A DNA stretch of 63,928 bases, filler included, from Thraustochytrium aureum (lineage: Eukaryota), in assembly GCA_012862495.1 (NCBI GenBank). It is 3 parts of 3 records of this genome, joined end to end, with 100 filler letters (N's around TTAATTAATTAA, not from the genome) between each part and the next. Parts side by side here need not be neighbours in the genome. Positions count along the whole stretch, not along the records: positions 27,664 to 57,026 come from BLSG01000428.1; 2 more parts are not named here. The stretch is one strand, 5' to 3'. Below are positions 34,219 to 45,352 of this stretch, one piece after another. The notes below the pieces were generated by a model, which saw only the letters and a program-made list of their open reading frames with translations, did not search any database and was not told the DNA's origin. Position 1 is the first letter of the stretch; each line of letters opens with the position of its first letter. A program made the translations under genes and the position numbers.

Positions 34219-34413
34219 CTACGTTCTTGCGCTCTGCGACTTTGACTGCAGGACGATTACAACCGAGTACACGATGGAGATCACGAAGAGCGTGATCGCC
34301 GACCCGGCCCGGTCCAGGTCAGACCAGAGCATGTTGTTGACCAGGATCAAATAAGCGCAGGCGGCCGTGACCACGAACCCGCTTGACAACTGGAAGGCTT
34401 TGAAGTTATCCAT
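34219..34413 (-). CDS. Small two-TM hypothetical protein (64 aa)
   Basis: MDNFKAFQLSSGFVVTAACAYLILV...AITLFVISIVYSVVIVL; two hydrophobic helices. Confidence 0.5.
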   Translation of the reverse strand: MDNFKAFQLSSGFVVTAACAYLILVNNMLWSDLDRAGSAITLFVISIVYSVVIVLQSKSQSART

Positions 34414-34440
34414 CGCGCGGCTGGCGGCTGCCGACGCGCC

Positions 34441-34480
34441 TCTCGCTCGCTCACTCGCTCGCTCACTCGCTCGCTCGCTC
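34441..34480. repeat. (TCGC)n imperfect microsatellite
   Basis: Visible in sequence. Confidence 0.8.
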
Positions 34481-35922
34481 AACCGCGTTCCGGGCCCGCG
34501 CTCGTTGCGGCTTTGCCGCGCGACGGAGCCGCTGCAGAAGAAGAGCAAGCGCGCCCTCTTGACGCTCGCAAGCACGCAAGCCAGAAGGACGCAAGCCAGA
34601 CTTCANNNNNNNNNNNNNNNNNNNNNNNNNNNNNNNNNNNNNNNNNNNNNNNNNNNNNNNNNNNNNNNNNNNNNNNNNNNNNNNNNNNNNNNNNNNNNNN
34701 NNNNNNNNNNNNNNNNNNNNNNNNNNNNNNNNNNNNNNNNNNNNNNNNNNNNNNNNNNNNNNNNNNNNNNNNNNNNNNNNNNNNNNNNNNNNNNNNNNNN
34801 NNNNNNNNNNNNNNNNNNNNNNNNNNNNNNNNNNNNNNNNNNNNNNNNNNNNNNNNNNNNNNNNNNNNNNNNNNNNNNNNNNNNNNNNNNNNNNNNNNNN
34901 NNNNNNNNNNNNNNNNNNNNNNNNNNNNNNNNNNNNNNNNNNNNNNNNNNNNNNNNNNNNNNNNNNNNNNNNNNNNNNNNNNNNNNNNNNNNNNNNNNNN
35001 NNNNNNNNNNNNNNNNNNNNNNNNNNNNNNNNNNNNNNNNNNNNNNNNNNNNNNNNNNNNNNNNNNNNNNNNNNNNNNNNNNNNNNNNNNNNNNNNNNNN
35101 NNNNNNNNNNNNNNNNNNNNNNNNNNNNNNNNNNNNNNNNNNNNNNNNNNNNNNNNNNNNNNNNNNNNNNNNNNNNNNNNNNNNNNNNNNNNNNNNNNNN
35201 NNNNNNNNNNNNNNNNNNNNNNNNNNNNNNNNNNNNNNNNNNNNNNNNNNNNNNNNNNNNNNNNNNNNNNNNNNNNNNNNNNNNNNNNNNNNNNNNNNNN
35301 NNNNNNNNNNNNNNNNNNNNNNNNNNNNNNNNNNNNNNNNNNNNNNNNNNNNNNNNNNNNNNNNNNNNNNNNNNNNNNNNNNNNNNNNNNNNNNNNNNNN
35401 NNNNNNNNNNNNNNNNNNNNNNNNNNNNNNNNACCTCCCTCCTCAAGCGGCTGTCGAAGCGGGTCTCGCTCGGGCGCGGCCGGCAGAGCTCCACTGCGTC
35501 GGGCGGCGCGCCGGGCGGCGCCCCCGGGGCGCGCCCAGCCGCAGCGAAGGGCGGGGCTCTGAAGAGTTTGCCAGCAGACTGGCCGAGACGCCGACGAGCG
35601 CTGGGGCGGCCTTTTTCTCCCAGTTTCAGGAGAAAGAGAAGCAAAAGTTCAAGCCCCAGTTCGGCATGTAAACGCCGGCGGGGCGCGTGCGTGAATATAT
35701 TCGTGGCAAGTAGGGTAGAGTCCTAGCTAGCACCACCCGTAACGGGCCGCTCCGGCGCTGCGAGCGGCCGCTGCTGAAAAGGAGAAAGACAAGTCTTGTT
35801 CGAGTTTTCATTGCTCGCGCTGCGGGCTCGCACGCTCCATGAGTGCCAAAATGAGGCGCCACAGATCGCTACGCCGGCCCAAAGCCCTGCCGCCGCCGCC
35901 GCCGCCGCCCCCGCCTCGCAGC

Positions 35923-37392
35923 TCACGCCTGCGTGAGGGCCCTCAACTGGATTTGGTCTTGCGTCAACAAGCTGGCCGGCCGCTGACTGCTCGCCTCGAC
36001 GGCGCTGTCGTCGCTAGCCGACGAGTTGCCGTCCTGTGCGCTAGCCTGGCCCACGCCATGGCGTTTCGGTTCGCTACTCTCAAAGCCTGCCTGGCGCTGC
36101 AGGCGGATGTCGCCAAAGTCCTCGGTGTGCTTGATTTTCGCCTCCGTGTACAGCTCCCGCTCCGGGAGCACGTTCATGGCGAGGAAGTCAGTGAGCAGCG
36201 CAGCAATGCCCAGGAGCGCCGAGCCTGCTGCGAGCTGAAGCAGCAGCGTGTTGAAGTCGAAAACGCCGAGGCGGCCCGAGAGGATAACAACCACCTTGAT
36301 GCCGTACCGCTTTTGCACCCTACGCGAGATCGAGTTTGTGCTGTTCGCCGCCACCACGTCAGAGCTGCTCGTCAGCTTGAACGAGGTCCCGCTCAAATGT
36401 GTGAGCGAGTACGTGTACGAAATGTCTGCAGAGGCCCCGAGCCACGGCACGATGTTGGTGTAGTCGATTGTAATCACCACAACGTGGCCCCGGGCGCGCA
36501 CCGACTCGTTCGGGTGGTTCGGGTCACCAGAAAAGTCGTCCAGCTTGAGCCCTGCAGCTCCGAGCCACTCCTCAACTGTGAAAACGTCGTGCCCGTTCGC
36601 TTCGTCGACCGCAGTCTCCGCAAAGCAAGGAGCCTCGCGTGTCTCGTGGGAGCCTTCGCGGTCCGAAGTTACCCGCCGGCCCTTGTCGCTGAGCTTGGCG
36701 CACAGCTCACTGTTGTTCGGGATGCTCAGCGCGCCATCCATGTTGCGAGCCACGTCTCCAAGCCCGAGCGCGCCCTCGCTGTCGCGCACAGCATGATCGA
36801 CGAGGAGCGTGAATTGCTCCAGGCCAGCGACAAACACGTCGCTGGCCGTGCCGGCCACGTTGGACCACAGGGCGTCGCACGAGGCAATGTCGCCGTCGAC
36901 TTGCCGGCAAGTGTTTGCTTGGGCCACCTGTGAAATGCGCGTTGTGAGGAGCAGCTCGTTGCCCTCGATCACGGCGACCTCGAGGTCGTCCATGAGCATG
37001 CATTTGCGTCTGAACGCGCACGTCTTGTCGTCGGAGGTGCGAAAGGAGCCAACGGGGCAGGTCCCCGACACGGTTGTGTTCTGCAGGCAGTAGGCGGGTT
37101 CGTCGAGCGCCGGGAACACGCTCTCGCAGCCTTCGTCGTCGACCGGGTCGCAGCCCAGCGCGTTTGTGGGCTCGCGCAGCGAGAACCGGAACCCGCCCGC
37201 GGGCGCCGTCACGAGGAGATAGCCGGTGTTGTACAGGATTTGGTATACAAAGACGTAGGCGGCCGTCGCAAGCAGAAACGTGTTGTTCAGGGCGCCGAGC
37301 CGCCGGTCGCGGATGGCGACCACCACGGGCGTCCGGTACTTGCACAGTACGTCGACGTCCTGCCCGCAAAGGTGCTCCGGCAAAACCGCCAT
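35923..37392 (-). CDS. P2X receptor-like ATP-gated ion channel
   Basis: N-terminal YRTP..V.IRDRRLG, TM1, Cys-rich ectodomain, KRYGIKV...GRLGVFDF, TM2 with conserved Asp (LLTDFLA), C-terminal YTEAK (YxxxK). Confidence 0.9.
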   Translation of the reverse strand: MAVLPEHLCGQDVDVLCKYRTPVVVAIRDRRLGALNNTFLLATAAYVFVYQILYNTGYLLVTAPAGGFRFSLREPTNALGCDPVDDEGCESVFPALDEPAYCLQNTTVSGTCPVGSFRTSDDKTCAFRRKCMLMDDLEVAVIEGNELLLTTRISQVAQANTCRQVDGDIASCDALWSNVAGTASDVFVAGLEQFTLLVDHAVRDSEGALGLGDVARNMDGALSIPNNSELCAKLSDKGRRVTSDREGSHETREAPCFAETAVDEANGHDVFTVEEWLGAAGLKLDDFSGDPNHPNESVRARGHVVVITIDYTNIVPWLGASADISYTYSLTHLSGTSFKLTSSSDVVAANSTNSISRRVQKRYGIKVVVILSGRLGVFDFNTLLLQLAAGSALLGIAALLTDFLAMNVLPERELYTEAKIKHTEDFGDIRLQRQAGFESSEPKRHGVGQASAQDGNSSASDDSAVEASSQRPASLLTQDQIQLRALTQA

Positions 37393-37566
37393 CCCTGCCG
37401 ACCGGGCCGATCCCAGGCCACCCAGAGAGCTCTACTAGCTTGAGCTCTTGCGAGTTGCAAGCTGCCAAGAGACCGCTCGAGGCCGCTGAGCGCGTTTTCG
37501 CACTGGGTACGACCGCCTTCTGGCGGCCTGTTCATGAGCAAAAGGGCGCGGTGCGAAACAAGGACT

Positions 37567-37827
37567 CCCCTGTGACGAAGGCCGCCGCGCTCGGCACAGC
37601 TACTTCGAGTCCCCTGTGACGCCATCGTGGAGCGCCGTTCGTTGTGCGAGACAGCGGCCACCCCTGTGACGAGACCACCATTCTTTCGTGACGCGCCGTT
37701 CGTTGTGCGAGACAGCTGCCACCCCTGTGACGAGACCACCATTCTTTCGTGACGCGATAAACAAGAGTGACCCACTGTGACGAGAACCTCGTCCGCCAGT
37801 GCGGAACATTAACCCCTGTGTGACGAG
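37567..37827. repeat. Array of CCCCTGTGACG motifs including a ~61-bp near-perfect tandem duplication; runs into a gap
   Basis: Motif starts at 37567, 37611, 37661, 37722, 37771 (variant) and 37813 (variant). Confidence 0.85.
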
Positions 37828-38268
37828 NNNNNNNNNNNNNNNNNNNNNNNNNNNNNNNNNNNNNNNNNNNNNNNNNNNNNNNNNNNNNNNNNNNNNNNNN
37901 NNNNNNNNNNNNNNNNNNNNNNNNNNNNNNNNNNNNNNNNNNNNNNNNNNNNNNNNNNNNNNNNNNNNNNNNNNNNNNNNNNNNNNNNNNNNNNNNNNNN
38001 NNNNNNNNNNNNNNNNNNNNNNNNNNNNNNNNNNNNNNNNNNNNNNNNNNNNNNNNNNNNNNNNNNNNNNNNNNNNNNNNNNNNNNNNNNNNNNNNNNNN
38101 NNNNNNNNNNNNNNNNNNNNNNNNNNNNNNNNNNNNNNNNNNNNNNNNNNNNNNNNNNNNNNNNNNNNNNNNNNNNNNNNNNNNNNNNNNNNNNNNNNNN
38201 NNNNNNNNNNNNNNNNNNNNNNNNNNNNNNNNNNNNNNNNNNNNNNNNNNNNNNNNNNNNNNNNNNNN

Positions 38269-41200
38269 AAGGCGCGGCTCGGCGGCACAGACGCGAGGGG
38301 TACGTTCCTGTGCACAGCATTGACGCGCACTGGGTGCAGCGCGAGCTTGGCCGCTTCTACAGCGACGCGACGCAGGCGCAAGCAATCGCGGGCCAGGTCC
38401 TGGAGCTGCTGGGCGAGCCCGACGAGCGGGCTTGCGAAAACCAGCTGGTTATGCTGCTCGAGTTTGACAAATTTGACTTGATCAAGGTGCTTTTGCAGAA
38501 CAAAAAGCGCATATGGTACTGCACGCGACTCAAGCGCGCCGAGAGCGAGGCGGACAGGGAGCTTATCCGCACGGAAATGGCGCGTGACCTCGCCCCAGGC
38601 GGAGGGCAAGAGGTCCTCGACCTCCTGGCCCCAGAGTCCCGGCGCCCCGCGCGACGGCGGTGGGCCCGCAGCTAGCGCGGGACAGGGCGCGCTTGACACA
38701 GTTCGCGTGACAGACGGCGACGACGGACCCGCGCAGCAGGCTGACCCGGCTGTGCGCGCCGCAGCAGAACGCCCCGTCGCGCCGCCGCGGCGACTCGACC
38801 TAGCTTCTCTGGCCTTCTCGTCGGGCGACCACACCATGACGAACAGCAAGGTCAAACTGCCCCCAGGGGCGTGGCGGAAGCAGCACGCCAGCTTCGAGGA
38901 GGTGCACGTCCCGCCGCCCAAACCACGGCCTTTCGGAGAAAACGAGCGCCTAGTGCCGATCTCCGAGCTTCCGTCGTTCACGCACGGCGCGTTCGAAGGC
39001 ATGCAATCCCTCAACCGCGTCCAGTCGCGCCTCCTCCCCGCCGCGCTGGGGGAGGACTTCAATTTGCTAGTCTGCGCGCCAACAGGCGCGGGCAAGACCA
39101 ACGTGGCCTTGCTCGCGGTGATGCACGAGGTGGGCAAGTTCCTGGACGCCGAGACCGCCCAGGTGGACCGCGCGCGAATGCGCGAGGGCATGAAGATCGT
39201 CTACGTAGCCCCGATGAAGGCCCTGGTCCAGGAGGTCGTCCGCAACTTTTCGCAGCGCCTAGGCCAAGCGTACGGGATCGAGGTGCGCGAGCTCTCTGGG
39301 GACCAGCAGCTGAGCCGCGCCGAGATCGCCAGCACGCAGATCATCGTCACGACACCTGAGAAGTGGGACATTGTGACCCGCAAAGCGGGCGAGCGCGCCT
39401 ACACGCAGTTGGTGCGCCTCGTGATTGTGGACGAGATCCACCTCCTGCACAACGAGCGCGGCGCAGTGCTCGAGGCCATCGTGGCGCGCATGGTGCGCCA
39501 GCAAGAGGTCACACAGCAGCGCGTGCGCCTGGTGGGGATCTCCGCCACGCTGCCCAACTACGTCGACGTGGCAGCCTTCTGCAGGGTGCCGCTGGACAAG
39601 GGCCTGTTTTTCTTCGACAACTCGTTTCGCCCCGTCCCGCTCCAGCAGCAGTACGTCGGCGTGACGGAAAAGAAGCCGCTGCGCCGGTACCACAAGATGA
39701 ACGAGATCTGCTACGACAAGGTGTCGGGCGCGCTGCGCCGCAACACCAAGGACCAAGTGCTGATTTTTGTGCACAGCCGCAAGGACACGGCCAAGACCGC
39801 CCGCGCGCTGCACGAGCTGGCCACCGAGCGCGGCGAGACGGAAGTCTTCCTGAGCCCTAGCAAGCCCGAGGCGCGCGAAGTGCTGCAGAGCGAGGCGGAG
39901 GACAATGCAAAGCTGGCCGAGCTGCGCGAGCTCTTGCCGCACGGCGTGGGCATCCACCACGCCGGGATGGCGCGGTCCGACCGCGGGCTCGTCGAAGACC
40001 TGTTCAAAGCCGGGTACATAAAGGCGCTGGTCTGCACGGCAACGCTGGCGTGGGGCGTCAACTTGCCAGCGCACACGGTGGTGATCAAGGGGACGCAAGT
40101 GTACAACCCGGAGAAGGGGCGCTGGGGCGAACTGTCGCAGCTGGACATACTGCAAATGCTTGGCCGCGCCGGTCGACCGCAGTACGACTCGGAGGGCGAG
40201 GGCGTGATCATCACGACGCACGACGAGCTGCGGTACTACCTGTCCTTGATGAACGAGCAGCTGCCGATCGAGTCGCAGCGCTGCGGCGCCTCCCAGACTC
40301 GCTGAACGCAGAGGCCGTCACGGGGTCGGTGCAGACCCTCGAGGACGCTGCGCGGTGGATCGGCTACACGTATCTGTACGTGCGCATGGTCCGGAGCCCG
40401 GCGCAGTACGGGATCTCCGTGGACGAAGCCGAGTCGGACCGCGCCTTGCACCAGCGGCGCCTCGACCTCGCGCACAGCGCCGCGCTTCTTCTGGACAAGG
40501 CCCAGCTAGTGCGCTACGACCGCCGAACCGGCGCTCTGCAGGTCACCCCGCTGGGCCGGATCGCGTCGCACTACTATGTCACGTACGACTCGATGCAGCG
40601 ATTCAACGAGTTTCTTCGGCCAACGATGACCGAGATCGACCTCTTTCGCGCCGTGAGCCTGGCGCGCGAGTTCCAGGACGTCGTCGTGCGCGAAGAGGAG
40701 CGCGTCGAGCTCGTCCAGCTCGCGGACCGCGCGCCGATCCCGATCAAGGAGTCGCTCGAAGAACCGAGCGCCAAGGTGAACCTCCTGCTGCAGAGCTACA
40801 TAAGCGGGCTCCGCCTCGAGGGCTACGCTTTGGCTTGCGACCTTGTGTTTGTGCAGCAGAGCTCGAGCCGGCTCGCGCGCGCTTTGTTTGAAGTGTGCCT
40901 TGCCCGCGGCTGGGCCGCGCTTGCGCTGCGGTGCCTGGACCTGGCCAACATGTGCGACCACCGAATGTGGCTCTCCCAGACCTTTCTTCGCCAGCTTTCG
41001 AGCCCCGTCCTGGACGCCAATGTCCTGCGGCGCATCGAGCGGCACACGCTGACCGTAGACCGGTGCTTTGCGCTTTCGCCACAGGAGCTGGGCGAACTAT
41101 GCGGGGCCGGAATTCGCCAGGGGCACGAGCTTCACCGTGTGGTCCACTGTTTTCCGCGTGTGGAGCTCGCCGCGCAGGTGCAGCCCATCACGCGGTCCAC

Positions 41201-44200
41201 GCTGCGCGTCGAGCTGACCGTGACCCCCGATTTTGAGTTTGACGAGTTGGTGTACGGCGGCGTGGGCGTCCTGCCTTTCTGGGTCATCGTCGAGGACGGG
41301 GATGGCGAGCACATCCTGCACCATGAAATGCTGACCTTCAACCGCGCCACCTCGCAGGGCGAGCTCGAGGCGCGCTTCATCGTGCCGCTTGGCAGCCCGT
41401 TGGCGCCTCAGTACTTTATCCGCGTGGTCTGCGACCGCTTCCTGCACGCCGCGGCCGTGCTGCCGATCTCGTTCGGCAAGCTGATCCTGCCCGAGCGGTT
41501 CGCCCCTGCCACCGAGCTGCTGGACCTGCGGCCGCTCCCGACTGCGCGAGCGGCCACAGGAGGCCGTGCGCGAGGCGCGAGCCGCCCAAGCGGTGCAGCA
41601 GGGGCGCGGGGGGCCGGACGCTGCATTCGTGGGTGCCGCTTTCCGTCGCCTGTTCGTGGAGCGCTTTGACGCGTTCAATGCGATTCAGACCCAAGCCTTT
41701 GCGAGCCTCTATGGCGGCGACGAGAATGTGATGCTGGCTGCGCCGGCCGGGTCGGGCAAGACGGTTTGCGCCGAGCTCGCCCTTGTGCGCGCGCTGGCGC
41801 GCGACGCCCGCGCCACGTGCGTGTACGTGGCGGCGCACGAGGCTGTTTGTAGGCAGCGGTTCGTGGAGNNNNNNNNNNNNNNNNNNNNNNNNNNNNNNTT
41901 GCATCGGGGTCAATTGTTGTCGCCACTCCAGAGGCGTGGGACAACCTGTCGCGGCGCTGGAAGCAGCGCCGCGCAGTGCGCGACGTGGCCTTGTACGTCT
42001 TTGACGAGCTGCACCTCGTGGGCAGCACGGCGAAACCGGTTCTGGAAGTGGTGGTCTCGCGTGCCCGTTTTGTGGCGGCCACAACGGGGGCGGGGCGCGT
42101 AGTTGCGCTGAGCGCCTCGGTGGCCAATGCGACGGACCTGGCGGCCTGGGTTGGCGCCACGCAGCCGCATTGCGCGCTCAACTTTCACCCTTCGAACCGG
42201 CCGAACAGACTGGAGATCGAGCTGCGCGGTTTTGACATCAACCACTTCGGGACGAGGATGCTGGCGATGGGCCGCCCCGCCTTCGACGCCGTGATGCACC
42301 ACGCAGAGGGCGGCCGGCAGTCCTCGATTGTGTTTGTGCCGTCGCGAAGGCAGGCCAAGGTGACCGCGGTGGACATGGTCACCTTCGCGGCGGCTCACCA
42401 GGTGGTGAGCGGGCAGGGCGCCCGGCCAGAGGCTGTCGGTGAGGGCTCTGCGGCCGGGGCTGCGCGTTCCTTCGTGAGGCGGACAGGCCCGAACTGGAGC
42501 GCCACCTCGCGCGCGTGTCCGAGCCCTCGTTGCGGAGCGTTCTCGAGTCTGGCGTAGGTTTTCTGTACGAGGGAATGGCAGCGGAGGACCGGGCGGTGGT
42601 GGAGGCCCTGTTCGAGTCGGGCGTGGTGCGGGTCTTGGTTGTGACGAGCGCGCTTTGCTGGGGACTGAGCCTGAGCGCCGGGCTCGTGGTGATCATGGGC
42701 GCGACTCGTTTCGAGAGCGCGCTGGCTGGTTACGTGGACTACCCCATCACGGACGTGATGCAGATGATCGGGCGGGCCTCGCGCAGTGGAGATATTGCGC
42801 GGTGTGTCGTGCTCTGCCACGCGAAGCGCAAAGCACTGTTCAAGCGCTTTCTGAACGACCCGCTCCCTGTGGAGAGCCACCTGAACCTGGACTTGGCGGA
42901 CCACCTTTGTGCAGAGGTTGTGGCAGGCGTGATCAAGAGCAAGCAGGAGGCGGTCGACTACCTGACGTGGACGCTGTTCTACCGCCGCCTGACGAAGAAC
43001 CCCAACTATTACAATTTGCTCGGCACGGACAGCGACATGCTGTCCGACTACCTTTCGGAGTTGGTGGAGGGCGCGCTGGGCGAGCTGGAGGAGAGCCGGC
43101 TCGTTGCCGTGGACGAGAACGAGATGGACGTGACGCCGCTCAACCTGGGCATGGTGGCCTCGTATTACTATGTGCAGTACACGACGATCAAGCTGTTCGC
43201 GGCCAACCTGCGCGCCTCGAGCAAGCTGCGCCGCGTCCTGGATGTGCTCGTCTCGGCCGAGGAGTTTGAGGAGGTCCCCGTGCGCTTGGGCGAAGAGGCT
43301 GTGCTGCAGGGCCTTGCCAAGCACCTTCCTGTGCCGCTCACGGACCCGGACTTTACCGAGTCGCGCACAAAGGCGCACGTGCTCCTGCAGCTTCACTTTT
43401 CGCGGCGCGAGCTCACCGCAGACCAGCGCCAGGACCTCAACGCGATATTGGGCCAAGCCTTGCGGCTGCTCCAAGCGATGGTTGACATCATCGCGTCGAG
43501 CGGGTGGCTGCGTCCGGCGCTGGCGGCCATGGAGCTTTCTCAGATGATCGTCCAGGCGCGCTGGAACACCGACTCGCCCTTGCTGCAGTTTCCGCACTTT
43601 GACGAGGCGATTGTGGCCAGGTGCCAGCAAGCTGGCGTCAAGCGCGTGTACGACATCGAGAACCTGGACGAGGAGCAGGTCAAGTCGGTCTTGCGCCTCC
43701 CGGCGGACAAGCTCGAAGTGGCCCTGGCCTTTTACAAAAGCTACCCTGACCTTGAGGTCTCGGCCACGGTTCGCGACGCAGCTGGCGTGCGCGCTGGCGG
43801 GCCTGTGCACGTCGAGGTCACGATTGAGCGTGCCGAGGACGAGGAGGAGGAAGCGGAGGACGGCGGCGACGGCGGCGGCAAGGGTGAGGAAGAGGGTGGC
43901 GCCGCGACGCAGGGCAAGGTCTTTGGCAGAGTGTTCGCGCCGCTGTTCCCCAAGCCCAAGCTCGAGTCGTTCTGGGTCGTCGTGGGCGACCCAGAGGCCA
44001 ACAAGCTGCTCTCCATTAAGCGCGTGACTGTGGCGCAGCAGGCGACTGTCGCGTTGGACTTTGACGCCCCGCGTGAGCCGGGCCAGCACGAGCTCAAGGT
44101 CTACCTCATGTGCGACTCTGTCCTCGGGGCGGACCAAGTCCACGCCTTGGCTCTCCGCGTTCCGGTGGCTGGCGGTGTGGCTGCCTCGGCTAGCGACAGC

Positions 44201-44242
44201 GACAGCGAGAGCAGCGGGTCGGAGTCGCCGCGCTCGGAGTGA
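38269..44242 (+). CDS. BRR2: U5 snRNP 200 kDa helicase Brr2 (two Ski2-like helicase/Sec63 cassettes); 5' end in gap, several frameshifts
   Basis: [28 protein letters not shown] (PWI-like region); [40 protein letters not shown]; second cassette [23 protein letters not shown]. Confidence 0.96.
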
Positions 44243-45352
44243 ACCCTCCTCGAGGCGGCGCTTGTTGACGGTCAGTCAAGAGTGTCGAGAGCACGCAGGT
44301 AGAGTAGTTGGCCGCAGGTCGGCGGCGCGGCCAGGCCGCGGGAGGGGGCGGAACAGGCGCAAAGCCGGGAACTCTGTCGCGGTGGGAACTGTCGACTGCC
44401 AGGCTCGATTTTGCATCCTCCCTCCACTGGCAATCGATCCTACACGACGGCAAGCAGCGTCGTAGCAGCAGCTCGACCAACTTGAACCCGAAGATCGTTT
44501 GCTCTACGCATCGCACACCTTACCTCTGTTTGCAACAAAAAAAAAAGTCGCTGCCGCACAACTTGAACTGCCGAAAGTGCTCACAGTTGTCACGGGGCCA
44601 ACTGCACGGTAACCCAATCGCGCTCGAGTGAGCGGCGGCGCCGAAACCTTCACAGCTCGCCTTGAGACCTCCACAGCGTCAAGCGTCCAGTGTCACGTGC
44701 CGCACACCGCCTCTGCGAGAGAGAGAGGGCGCCAAGGAGCCCTCCAACCAGCCTCACACGCAGTGAAGTCCTGCGGCGCCAACTCAAGACCCGACCACCG
44801 CCCTTCCTTCCTTCCTTCCACCCACCCAGCCCACACGCCACCCATCTCCATCCATCCATCCGTGGGAGTGCAGCCAGCAGCTGGACGGACGTCTCGAGCC
44901 GCCAGAGCGCTTGGCCGCCCGCTCGACCAGCGGCGGCCTGCCCATCGGCGACGGGCGCCTGCCACCTGTTCTGCCGGCCAACTTGTCTCAATGCTTTCTG
45001 CAATCAAGTTCTGCTTCAACGACAGTGGAGAAACTCGGGTTGAGGAGCAGGCAAGCAACAAGCAAGCAGGCAGGCAGGCANNNNNNNNNNNNNNNNNNNN
45101 NNNNNNNNNNNNNNNNNNNNNNNNNNNNNNNNNNNNNNNNNNNNNNNNNNNNNNNNNNNNNNNNNNNNNNNNNNNNNNNNNNNNNNNNNNNNNNNNNNNN
45201 NNNNNNNNNNNNNNNNNNNNNNNNNNNNNNNNNNNNNNNNNNNNNNNNNNNNNNNNNNNNNNNNNNNNNNNNNNNNNNNNNNNNNNNNNNNNNNNNNNNN
45301 NNNNNNNNNNNNNNNNNNNNNNNNNNNNNNNNNNNNNNNNNNNNNNNNNNNN

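Noticed and set aside
37567..37827. CRISPR array
   Set aside because: The repeat core is only ~11 bp, spacing is irregular, two intervening segments are duplicates, there are no cas genes and the context is eukaryotic
38269..44242. Brr2 pseudogene or programmed frameshifting
   Set aside because: Essential gene with intact motifs; frameshifts occur throughout the window, so assembly error is more parsimonious
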